Shown: positions 1 through 7,765 of the stretch, piece after piece
Numbering within the stretch: the stretch's first letter is position 1
Layout: the number at the start of each line of letters is the position of its first letter
Source of the DNA: Candidatus Fermentibacteraceae bacterium
GTDB lineage: Bacteria > Fermentibacterota > Fermentibacteria > Fermentibacterales > JCC-6
Reading direction: 5' to 3'
Length of the DNA stretch: 26,940 bases
NCBI GenBank assembly: GCA_041750285.1
Contig: JBGSZS010000015.1
Coordinates: 1 to 26,940, forward strand
The notes under the pieces: generated by a model
What the model saw: the letters and a program-made list of their open reading frames with translations, nothing else
What the model was told of the DNA's origin: nothing
The model's database searches: none
Translations under genes and position numbers: made by a program

Positions 1-1
1 A

Positions 2-247
2 TCGCTGATAGGCGAACGCACGATGCTTGTGGTGGTATTCGAGGACAACAGCAGGATAGGTCTGGTCAGGATGGCAACCCGGCGTTCCGCGACCGAGATC
101 CACGCCATTCTCAACAAGAAGCCCGACGAGTCTGCGGTTTCAGCCCGCGAGAGCCTGTCCATGCCCGCGTTCCGCGAGTACGCCATGAACCTCGTCGACC
201 AGATCTTCAGCGTGGGCGGAGACGGTGATGCCCCATCTCGATCTTGA
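2..247 (+). CDS. mglB: Roadblock/LC7 (MglB-like) GTPase-activating protein, 5'-truncated by window edge
   Basis: Frame is open from base 2 (SLIGERTMLVVVFEDNSRIGLVRMATRRSATEIHAIL), resembling the MglB C-terminal strand/helix pattern. It overlaps the start of mglA, the usual mglBA order. Confidence 0.8.
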   Translation, partial: SLIGERTMLVVVFEDNSRIGLVRMATRRSATEIHAILNKKPDESAVSARESLSMPAFREYAMNLVDQIFSVGGDGDAPSRS

Positions 248-812
248 CCAGCGGCTGGTAACTTTCAAGATAGTCTACAGCGGACCCGGCTTCAGCGGGA
301 AGACAACGAACCTGAGGTTCGTGCACAGAACCCTGGCGGAGAGATACCGGGGCGAGATGCTCGAACTTGACACGGAAGAGGAGCGAACCCTTTTCTTCGA
401 TTTCTTCCCGGTCTTCCTCGGCGACATCGACGGCTTCTCACTGAGATTCCACCTTTACACGATACCCGGCCAGGTCTACTACGAGGCAAGCCGCAGGATA
501 ATCCTTCAGGGCGCCGACGGGGTCGTCTTCGTTGCCGACTCCACCGAGGAAAGGCTCGACGAGAACATCGAGAGTTTCCTCATGATGCGCAGGAATCTGA
601 TGGACGAGAATGGCGACATAAGCGAATTCCCCCTCGTTCTGCAGTACAACAAGAGGGACGTCGAGCCCAGGCTCGAGGTGGGCTGCATGGAAAGGCACCT
701 GAAGATCGGCCGTGAGATACCCGTCACTGAATCCATTGCCACCACGGGCCACGGAGTGATGAACACGCTGAACCTCGTGAGCAAGGAGGTCATAAGACGT
801 TTCAGGGTGTAG
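228..812 (+). CDS. mglA: MglA-family Ras-like small GTPase
   Basis: KIVYSGPGFSGKTTNL (G1), RTLFFDF (switch I with intrinsic Arg), LYTIPGQ (G3), DGVVFVADS, NKRD (G4). ATG at 228, in-frame GTG at 225. Confidence 0.93.
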   Translation: MPHLDLDQRLVTFKIVYSGPGFSGKTTNLRFVHRTLAERYRGEMLELDTEEERTLFFDFFPVFLGDIDGFSLRFHLYTIPGQVYYEASRRIILQGADGVVFVADSTEERLDENIESFLMMRRNLMDENGDISEFPLVLQYNKRDVEPRLEVGCMERHLKIGREIPVTESIATTGHGVMNTLNLVSKEVIRRFRV

Positions 813-950
813 CCGTGAAAGGCGGGCGATGAACCGCAGTGCTCCGGTATCGGCTGTGCCTGACCGGGCGTTCGTGGGCGAACGATGCGCACCCCGAACT
901 CTTCGTGTTTGGCCTCGAGAAGACGACATTCGGGTGCAGGACCGAACAGA

Positions 951-1000
951 TGTGCCCTTTTATTATGTTTTAGCAGGTTAGTATTTGTATAAAGGAGGTC
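951..1000 (+). promoter_or_regulatory. AT-rich putative promoter region and RBS of the V4R/hydrogenase operon
   Basis: Sharp AT-rich patch (TTTTATTATGTTTTAG...TAGTATTTGTATAAA) in a GC-rich background. AGGAGG at 993-998 lies 6 nt before ATG 1005. Exact -35/-10 not resolved. Confidence 0.55.
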
Positions 1001-1004
1001 ATGT

Positions 1005-1493
1005 ATGCAAGCGGAACTTGACAAGCTTCACGGGGTCGCGTTTCTCCTTGGTTCACTGGCCCACGCCTCCGAGAAGAACCTGGGCCAGAGCAGCCTTTCC
1101 ATCTGCATGCTGGCCGGCAAGAAGTTCGGCCGGGAGGCCGTGGAGGACACCGAGCAGACCCAGGACCCGGTAAGGGCGGTCGAGATCCTTCGGGTGGCCC
1201 TGGAGAAGCAGGGCATCCACTGGGATTTCGAACCCTTTCAGGGAGAGGATGAATCCCCCCTCAAGGAGCGGGACGGCAAGATGGTGATGAGGCTCGTCTT
1301 CAGAACCTGCATGGTGAGGAACGCCCTTTTCCGTTACGCGCACCCGCAGAAACAGTCCCTGTGCTACATGGCCCACGGCGTTTTCGCCGGAGCCATGGAA
1401 AAGGTGATGCCCGGGAAGACGGTCCATCTGGAGATCCTTCATGCCGGACCCAACGCCTGTCTCAAGGAGATGATTCTGGAGGACGAGAAATGA
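1005..1493 (+). CDS. Stand-alone V4R-like (4-vinyl reductase/MetOD1-type) domain protein
   Basis: 162 aa. AGKKFG helix motif, then CMVR, LCYMAHGVFAG and ACLKE, a V4R-type three-Cys pattern. Strong RBS and ATGA overlap with the next gene. Confidence 0.72.
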   Translation: MQAELDKLHGVAFLLGSLAHASEKNLGQSSLSICMLAGKKFGREAVEDTEQTQDPVRAVEILRVALEKQGIHWDFEPFQGEDESPLKERDGKMVMRLVFRTCMVRNALFRYAHPQKQSLCYMAHGVFAGAMEKVMPGKTVHLEILHAGPNACLKEMILEDEK

Positions 1494-2428
1494 AGGCAAG
1501 GATTTCCACGGAATGGCTTTCGGGTTGCTCCGGCTGTCATGTGGCCATGGTGGACCTTCACGAGAAGCTCGTGAACCTGGTGGAGGACGTGGAGTTCGTG
1601 AGGATCCCGGTATTGATGGATGAGAAGGGCTACCCAAAGGCCGACATAGGAATCGTAGAAGGCGCGGTTCGCAGCAGCCACGACAGGGAAGCGCTTCTCA
1701 AGATGCGCGGAAGCGTCAGGACGCTGATCGCCTTCGGAACCTGCGCCTCATACGGCGGGCCTTCGGGTATCGGCTGGCTTCACGGGAAGAAAAGCATTCT
1801 GGACAAGGTGTACGGCGGGAATCCCTCCACCGGCTCAAGTGAGAAGGCGCCCACCGGCGTGCCAGAGCTGGAGGAAAGCGTTGTCCCCATAGACGAGGTT
1901 GTCAAGGTGGATTTCCAGCTTCCGGGCTGCCCACCCCACCCATACCACATCGCACTTGCCATCCGCACGCTTCTCGGAGCCCCGGGACCGGCGCTGGATG
2001 CAAGACCGGTCTGTTCCCAGTGCAACCGCAAAATGGAAAAGCGGACAGGCGTATCCCTGATGAAGGGCGCCGTTTCCGCCCCGGAAAAGGATGTCTGTCT
2101 TCTGAGCCAGGGCGTGGTCTGCCTGGGTTCGGTAACGCTCAACCGCTGCCAGGCCCAATGCCCGAACAGGGGCATCGCCTGTGCCGGCTGCGCAGGACCC
2201 TCACCCGCAATAATCATGGAACCCCAGCTGGACATCAGGACAATGGTGGCAAAACGGATGGGGCTTCTGACCGGGATTCCCGAGGAAGAGATACAGAAGT
2301 ACATTGAGGAGGAAGCTAAAACCTTCTATTCCTACGCGCTTTCATCGCCGGTGATCTACAGGAAGCCGACGGTCGAGATCAGGGAGTGGACCAGCGTTCC
2401 GTCCTCCGGCGCAAGGGAGGGTATCTGA
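1490..2428 (+). CDS. mvhG: [NiFe]-hydrogenase small subunit, MvhG-like (group 3)
   Basis: Start at ATG 1490 (ATGA overlap): WLSGCSGCH, IVEGAV, FGTCA, PGCPP, CSQC, CLLSQGVVCLG, CQAQCP, CAGC. No Tat signal, so cytoplasmic. Confidence 0.88.
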   Translation: MKARISTEWLSGCSGCHVAMVDLHEKLVNLVEDVEFVRIPVLMDEKGYPKADIGIVEGAVRSSHDREALLKMRGSVRTLIAFGTCASYGGPSGIGWLHGKKSILDKVYGGNPSTGSSEKAPTGVPELEESVVPIDEVVKVDFQLPGCPPHPYHIALAIRTLLGAPGPALDARPVCSQCNRKMEKRTGVSLMKGAVSAPEKDVCLLSQGVVCLGSVTLNRCQAQCPNRGIACAGCAGPSPAIIMEPQLDIRTMVAKRMGLLTGIPEEEIQKYIEEEAKTFYSYALSSPVIYRKPTVEIREWTSVPSSGAREGI

Positions 2429-2429
2429 C

Positions 2430-3827
2430 ATGAAGAGCATGGTTATCAACCCGGTTACAAGGATCGAGGGTCATGCCACGATAACCCTCGACATGGACGA
2501 CGCCGGCAAGGTGAGCCGCGGCCACCTGAAGGTCCTGGAGATAAGGGGATTCGAGAAGCTGCTCGAGGGCATGGAACTCATGAAGATGCCCCTGATAACA
2601 GGAAGGATCTGCGGTGTCTGCCCTGCGGCGCACCACCTGGCTTCTGTGGCCGCCATTGAGAACGGTCTGGGAGTGAAGGTCCCCGAAGCCGCCGCCAGCC
2701 TTCGTGAGCTCATGTATGCAGGCCACATCCTCCACTCACATGCCCTGAGCACGTTCGTGCTCTCCGGACCGGACATCATGGAGGGGCTGGACGCCCTGCC
2801 GCAGGACAGGAACGTCTTCACCCTGCTCCGCCTGCAGCCCGAGCTTGTTCGCAAGGTCCTCAGGCTTAGAAGCATAGGCCAGAAGATCGTCGAGATCGTC
2901 GGGGGAAGGGGTGTGCACCCCGTCACGTTCATTCCGGGGGGCATTGCCTCAGCGCCGTCACCGGAGGAGATGGCTTCGATGGCCGCATGGGGAACCGAAG
3001 CCCTTGAGCTTGTGGACGAACTCTCAGGCGTGCTGTTCGGAAGGCTCTCCGCCATGGCGGACATAAGGGAAGCCATGGGAATGCCCTTCAAGTCAGTGGC
3101 CCTCTCCAACGGAGGCAAAGTTGCGTTCAGCCACTCGCCGTGCGTGGTAATGGACGGAGCTGGTAAAGCCGAGGCCACATTCACCGCCGAAACTTACGCT
3201 GACCACCTTGTCGAGCACACCATGGAGGGCTCGTACATGAAGTCGGTGAGGCTCGCGAAGGGTGACGAGACATTCTTCGTCGGTCCCCTTGCAAGACTGA
3301 ACGTAAACAGCGCTTTCACTACGCCGAAAGCCTCCCAGCTTCTGGCGGGTTACCGTGAGAGGGGATTCCCCAGGACCTCCGCGCTAGACAGCATTGAGGC
3401 CAGGCTGGTGGAGATGGTGCACTGCGCCGAGATCATCCAGTCCATCGCCGCACAGCCTTTGAAAGGCGATCTGTCGGTTCCGGTCAAGACCGCAGCAGGA
3501 AGGTTCGTTGGAATGGTCGAGGCTCCGAGGGGCATTCTGATCCATGACTTCCAGGGCGACGACCAGGGAAGGGTTATCGGGGCAAACCTCATTGTGGCCA
3601 CCCAGAACAACTACGAGGCCATAGACCACTGCATCACGGCAATGGCAAAGCTGAACATCGACCAGGGCGACGACAACCTTCTGCTGAACGGCATGGAGTT
3701 CGCCCTCAGGTGTTTCGATCCCTGCCTGGCCTGTGCGACCCATGCGGCGGGAAGCATGCCGATGCAGGTCCTGATCAGGCGGGATGGAAAGGTTCTTCGC
3801 ACCCTGGGCAGGAGGATTGAGCAATGA
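2430..3827 (+). CDS. mvhA: [NiFe]-hydrogenase large subunit, MvhA-like (group 3c-like)
   Basis: TRIEGH, RGFEK, L1 RICGVCPAAH, EAPRG, L2 DPCLACATH followed by a cleavable C-terminal extension. GGAGG RBS. Subgroup (3c vs 3d) needs a phylogeny. Confidence 0.92.
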   Translation: MKSMVINPVTRIEGHATITLDMDDAGKVSRGHLKVLEIRGFEKLLEGMELMKMPLITGRICGVCPAAHHLASVAAIENGLGVKVPEAAASLRELMYAGHILHSHALSTFVLSGPDIMEGLDALPQDRNVFTLLRLQPELVRKVLRLRSIGQKIVEIVGGRGVHPVTFIPGGIASAPSPEEMASMAAWGTEALELVDELSGVLFGRLSAMADIREAMGMPFKSVALSNGGKVAFSHSPCVVMDGAGKAEATFTAETYADHLVEHTMEGSYMKSVRLAKGDETFFVGPLARLNVNSAFTTPKASQLLAGYRERGFPRTSALDSIEARLVEMVHCAEIIQSIAAQPLKGDLSVPVKTAAGRFVGMVEAPRGILIHDFQGDDQGRVIGANLIVATQNNYEAIDHCITAMAKLNIDQGDDNLLLNGMEFALRCFDPCLACATHAAGSMPMQVLIRRDGKVLRTLGRRIEQ

Positions 3828-4549
3828 TCGAGATAAAGGTGGACCAGGACGCCTGTGTCGGGTGCACGCTTTGCGTGGACCTGTGCCCCACCGATGTGTT
3901 CGAGTTCGACACCGCCAACTCGGTTCCCGTGGTGAAGAAGCCCGGTGAGTGTTTCGGATGCCTGTCATGCTCCGAGATATGCCCTTCGGACGCGATCACA
4001 CACTCGGGAAACTCACGTTCAGAAGACCATTACCACGATGAGTACAACCTCAGGCTCGCTTCGCTTCTTGCCCCGGGGATCGAGCTGCCAAAGGCGGCCG
4101 GTGATCCGGAGAGCGAGAAGAGGGCCATGGATGACCTTGGGGTGAGGCTTCTGGCCGTGGCTGCGGTTTTCAGGCAGACACTCGGAGGAAGCCTTCCCGC
4201 CGTGGGCACCATGGCGGGAAGAACGCTTGCCACGCAGCTTCCGCGGTATCAGGTCCCCAAGACGTTCCAGGACGTTCTGGACCTTGCCGTCGCCCAGTTC
4301 AGCCCCACCTGGGAACTGAAACCGGAGATGGAAGGGGATGAGAACCTCACGGTGGACGTTGGTGAATGCTACATACGCGAGCTGTGCAAGGCGAAGGGGC
4401 TGGAACTCGGCGGCGATCTCTGCGTTCTTTTCTACAACTACCTCGCCGGCTACATTGGCAGGATGTCCGATTCCAGGCTGAAACTTGTGGAATCCGCGCC
4501 GGGGGACAAGGCATGCCGGTACAAGGTGCAGGTGATACGCAGGAGTTGA
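3824..4549 (+). CDS. 2x[4Fe-4S] ferredoxin fused to a C-terminal V4R-like domain
   Basis: CVGCTLCVDLCP and CFGCLSCSEICP in residues ~1-60. C-terminal part has AGRTLA, ECYIRELC, LCVLFYNYLAG, ACRYKV. ATGA overlap with the large subunit gene. Confidence 0.8.
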   Translation: MIEIKVDQDACVGCTLCVDLCPTDVFEFDTANSVPVVKKPGECFGCLSCSEICPSDAITHSGNSRSEDHYHDEYNLRLASLLAPGIELPKAAGDPESEKRAMDDLGVRLLAVAAVFRQTLGGSLPAVGTMAGRTLATQLPRYQVPKTFQDVLDLAVAQFSPTWELKPEMEGDENLTVDVGECYIRELCKAKGLELGGDLCVLFYNYLAGYIGRMSDSRLKLVESAPGDKACRYKVQVIRRS

Positions 4550-5076
4550 CGCAGGAACGCAGCCTGGCCTTCGTGGGGATAGGAAACACCCTGGCCGGCG
4601 ACGACGGTGTCGGTCCGGTCATGCTCGGGATGCTTAAGAAGGCTCTCGGGGGGGTGGAGGGAGTTTCCTTCCATCTCGTTGCGGGAGATCTTTACGCCCT
4701 GTGGGACCTGCTGCCCGAAACACGCGCGATGGTCATCCTCGACGCAGTGACAGGCAATGAACCCGGCACGGTCTACGCTGATCAGCCCCTGCCCAGGGGG
4801 TTCACGCCTTCCTTCCACCAGACCGACGCGGCCACGGTCATGGCCAAACTGGAACGGCTCTTTCAGGGAAGGTTTCCTCAGTGGACCGTATGGGGTGTCT
4901 CCATCCGCATGCCGGAAAACCTCGGTGAAGGTCTGAGCTCCCCGGTTCAGACGGGGGCAGACCTTGCAGTCAGGGCGATACTGAACGCTCTGGAGGGTGA
5001 AGGTCTTCAGGTGGGGGACGAGAGGTTCGCCCTGCTGGACGGGGGCGCCCGATGCGCCTCCGTCCATTGCCCATGA
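4546..5076 (+). CDS. Hydrogenase maturation endopeptidase (HyaD/HoxW-like)
   Basis: TTG start at 4546 overlapping the upstream TGA. FVGIGNTLAGDDGVG, ILDAV, SFH, LGEGLS motifs. Confidence 0.88.
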   Translation: MTQERSLAFVGIGNTLAGDDGVGPVMLGMLKKALGGVEGVSFHLVAGDLYALWDLLPETRAMVILDAVTGNEPGTVYADQPLPRGFTPSFHQTDAATVMAKLERLFQGRFPQWTVWGVSIRMPENLGEGLSSPVQTGADLAVRAILNALEGEGLQVGDERFALLDGGARCASVHCP

Positions 5077-5101
5077 TGTTGTCGAACCCGCTTCCCCCGG
5101 C

Positions 5102-5130
5102 TTTACACGCCCGACCCCCAGGCTTATTTT
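5102..5130 (+). promoter_or_regulatory. Putative sigma70 promoter of the histidine kinase
   Basis: TTTACA (5102-5107) - 17 nt - TATTTT (5125-5130) in the intergenic gap. Confidence 0.45.
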
Positions 5131-5198
5131 CCGAAGTTGACTGCTCCTCCTAGTCCTCCCCTTGGCAGCCCGGTGCGGGCTATTGCGGAAAGGGTCTG

Positions 5199-6353
5199 AT
5201 GGGCAAGGAAAACCAGCCCGTTGACAGTCCCGATTTCTGGGCGGGGTTCAGGAGCCCCCTTCGGCACAGCTGGCGCAGGGATGCCCTTGTGATCGGGCTG
5301 ATGCTGGTATTCATGGCGCTCAGCCTTCTTTTTCACTTCAGGCTGAAGACCGATGTTGCCTACTCCCATTTCGCTTACGTTCCCATCTTCCTATCCAGCA
5401 TCTGGTGGGGAAGGAAGGCGGCAGTGGTTCCGGTTTTTCTCGGAGCCTGGATAATAGCCCTTGAACTCCTTGACAATAGCACCTTTCCGATATGGCCCGG
5501 GTTGGTCAGGGTGGGAATGTTCCTTGCGGTCGGTTTCCTGGTGGGGGAGCTGAACCACCGCAGGCGCAACGCTCAGCAGGAATTGCGGGGGGCCAACGTC
5601 AAACTCAAAAGGCTTTCGAAGCTTCACCGGGATTTCCTGCACATAGCCATTCATGATCTCCGTTCCCCCGTGGGGGCGGCATCGGCACTTCTGACCGGGT
5701 TGTCCACACTTGCGGGCGACCGGTTGGCTCCCCGCGAGAAACACCTTCTTGTAAGGGCTCAGGCCAGGATGGAGGAAGTCACTTCGTTCCTCCGTGATTT
5801 TCAGCTTCTCTCAACGTTCGATTCTTCGCAACTGCGCAACCAGGCGGAGAGGGTAGAGGTGGGAAGGCTGATAAGGCAGGTGGTGGTCGAGAACGAGGTT
5901 CTGATCTCGGGGAACGGGCACACCGCGGTTCTTGAAACATCCGACACTGCCCCGCAGGTGGCGGCAATACCGATCCTGATCAAGGAGGCCATAGCGAACT
6001 ACCTCACCAACGCCATCAAGTACACCCCGCAGGGTGGCCGGATAACCCTTAGGAGCATCGATCTTGGGGACAGGGTGCGGGTTGAGGTGGAAGACACGGG
6101 CGTCGGGATAGCTCCCGAGGATCAGGCCAGACTGTTCCAGGAGTTCTCCAGGATTCGCAGGGAGCCCAGGGAAGGTGAGATAAAGGTTCCCGGAATAGGC
6201 CTGGGCCTCTCGATTACGAAGAGAATAGTCGAAATGCACGGGGGACGGGTATCCCTGGAGAGCGAGCCCGGCAGCGGCAGCGTGTTCTCCTTCGAACTGC
6301 CGGCCTGCGAACCGGGGGATGGCCCGGTCAACCTGCCCGAAATGAGTGAGTGA
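5199..6353 (+). CDS. Membrane sensor histidine kinase (4-TM DUF4118-like input, HisKA, HATPase)
   Basis: About four hydrophobic segments, then a coiled coil. H-box HDLRSP, N-box NYLTNAIKY, G1 DTGVGI, F-box LFQEF, G2 GIGLGL. Confidence 0.92.
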   Translation: MGKENQPVDSPDFWAGFRSPLRHSWRRDALVIGLMLVFMALSLLFHFRLKTDVAYSHFAYVPIFLSSIWWGRKAAVVPVFLGAWIIALELLDNSTFPIWPGLVRVGMFLAVGFLVGELNHRRRNAQQELRGANVKLKRLSKLHRDFLHIAIHDLRSPVGAASALLTGLSTLAGDRLAPREKHLLVRAQARMEEVTSFLRDFQLLSTFDSSQLRNQAERVEVGRLIRQVVVENEVLISGNGHTAVLETSDTAPQVAAIPILIKEAIANYLTNAIKYTPQGGRITLRSIDLGDRVRVEVEDTGVGIAPEDQARLFQEFSRIRREPREGEIKVPGIGLGLSITKRIVEMHGGRVSLESEPGSGSVFSFELPACEPGDGPVNLPEMSE

Positions 6354-6371
6354 TCAGCGGAGAGTCCGGCG

Positions 6372-6623
6372 CTACACGCCGCACTCCTCCCTTCCGAATT
6401 CCCGAATGCGTCTGAGATAGCCTGCCACTTCGTCGGCCTCGGCCTGATCGAGCCGGTTCAGGGCAAAACCTGCGTGAACAATGACGTACTCGCCGGGGAT
6501 CGCGTCTGGAACTCCCGCCAGACAGACCTCGCGGATGGCTCCACCGAAGCTTACCCTGGCTTTGCGCGTCAGGGGTTCATCCCCCCAGACCTCGAGTATC
6601 TCACCGGGAATACCAAGACACAT
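6372..6623 (-). CDS. hypC: Hydrogenase assembly chaperone HypC
   Basis: MCLGIPG N-terminus, GEYVIVHAGFA, GGAG RBS. Confidence 0.95.
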   Translation of the reverse strand: MCLGIPGEILEVWGDEPLTRKARVSFGGAIREVCLAGVPDAIPGEYVIVHAGFALNRLDQAEADEVAGYLRRIREFGREECGV

Positions 6624-6652
6624 GTCTGCTCCAGTCCATTGCTTTCATGCTG

Positions 6653-6661
6653 ATTATACCA
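6653..6661 (-). promoter_or_regulatory. Extended -10 promoter element (TGnTATAAT) for hypC
   Basis: Minus strand reads TGGTATAAT about 30 nt upstream of the hypC ATG. Confidence 0.6.
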
Positions 6662-6693
6662 CCGCGGCCTTCCAAAGGGCACAGGTCCAATGA

Positions 6694-7161
6694 TCAGGCG
6701 AAGGCTTCCCTGAATACGGTTACCAGCTTCTCAAGGCAAGCCTCGACTTCACGGGAAAGGCCTTGTCCAAAAGCGGTCGAGGCGGGCTGAACCGCCAGCA
6801 TCAGTGTCCGCGCGCCGCAAAGGTCCTCCAGCTGCGTCATGAAAAGGGCGGGAGACATTGAGTGGGTGGAGAAGCCCCCTGCCTGATCGATCTCATCCCT
6901 GCCAAGGATCGCCGCCTCGCCCGGATCCATGCCGATGTCTGCTGCATCGGCGACCAGCACCAGCCCCGGCTTGAACCTGGCAACCGACCCCAGATAGTTC
7001 TCGGGTGTTGTTCCTGCGTCAATGGCGGTCAGGGGGATGCCCCGGATCCTGGAGACAAGCTCCGGGCCGAACCCGTCGTCACCTCTCAATGGGTTTCCGA
7101 TTCCCAGGATCAGGGGCTTGTCATGAAGACAGACCCTGAGTCTCTCCGTGAACTCAGTCGT
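6694..7161 (-). CDS. hycI: Hydrogenase maturation endopeptidase, HycI-like; start codon uncertain (ACG at 7161 proposed)
   Basis: LILGIGNPLRGDDGFG, DAGTTPEN, VADAAD, STH, GQGLS. The conserved N-terminal motif extends upstream of the first TTG (7089), and there is no ATG/GTG/TTG before the in-frame upstream stop. Confidence 0.85.
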   Translation of the reverse strand, partial: TTEFTERLRVCLHDKPLILGIGNPLRGDDGFGPELVSRIRGIPLTAIDAGTTPENYLGSVARFKPGLVLVADAADIGMDPGEAAILGRDEIDQAGGFSTHSMSPALFMTQLEDLCGARTLMLAVQPASTAFGQGLSREVEACLEKLVTVFREAFA

Positions 7162-7765
7162 TGTAACGGGTGGTCTCCCGGCGGCACTTCACACACAGGA
7201 TCTTGACCCTGTCGGAGCGGCCCTGATCCCTGAGAACGGGAGCGAGGTTGTCGTCGGCAACGCCAAGTTCCCTCAGCCGGGCCAGGTAGACCGTGGGGTT
7301 GGAGAATGCCATCTCGTCCAGTCTGTCCGCAAGCCAGGCCAGATGGGGCTTCGTGGCAATGACCGTCCCGCAGGCCTCACAGAGCTGCAGGTCGAGTTCG
7401 ATGCTTTCGCTGGCCTGCGTTCTGTCGAAGTATGAGAGCTCCCATTCGTTGCCGAGCTTTATGCCCTCATGATCAGCGACACACGCCGCCTGGCACTGAC
7501 TGCAGAAGATGCAGGTGTCGGTGTAGTGGATCATCCTGCGTTTTGCCGCATCGGGAGGGTCGGTCGTGTCCTCGTGGGCGATCGCCCCTGCGGGGCAGGC
7601 CTCCTCGCAGGCCAGGCAGCCAAGACACCTGTCCGGGTTGAACACGGGCTGCCCGCGAAAGTTCTCGTGCGGAACGTGGGGTTTGGCGGGGAAGTCGGAG
7701 CTGTAAGGCTTGGTGAACAGGGCTTTCAGCGCTTCTCCGAGCTCCCTCAGCTTGGGATATCTCAC
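7154..7765 (-). CDS. NuoI/MbhN-like 2x[4Fe-4S] subunit with C-terminal Cys-pair extension
   Basis: GTG 7765 (GTGA overlap). PYSSDFP, FRGQP, CLGCLACEEACP, CIFCSQCQAAC, plus CEAC and CVKC. Confidence 0.88.
   Translation of the reverse strand: MRYPKLRELGEALKALFTKPYSSDFPAKPHVPHENFRGQPVFNPDRCLGCLACEEACPAGAIAHEDTTDPPDAAKRRMIHYTDTCIFCSQCQAACVADHEGIKLGNEWELSYFDRTQASESIELDLQLCEACGTVIATKPHLAWLADRLDEMAFSNPTVYLARLRELGVADDNLAPVLRDQGRSDRVKILCVKCRRETTRYND

Noticed and set aside
2430..3827. Possible [NiFeSe] or split large subunit
   Set aside because: Both L2 ligands are Cys codons in one continuous ORF, with no in-frame TGA.
5137..5198. Possible riboswitch in the kinase leader (AGCCCG/CGGGCT hairpin, CTCCTCC tracts)
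   Set aside because: Only one short stem and no recognisable aptamer.
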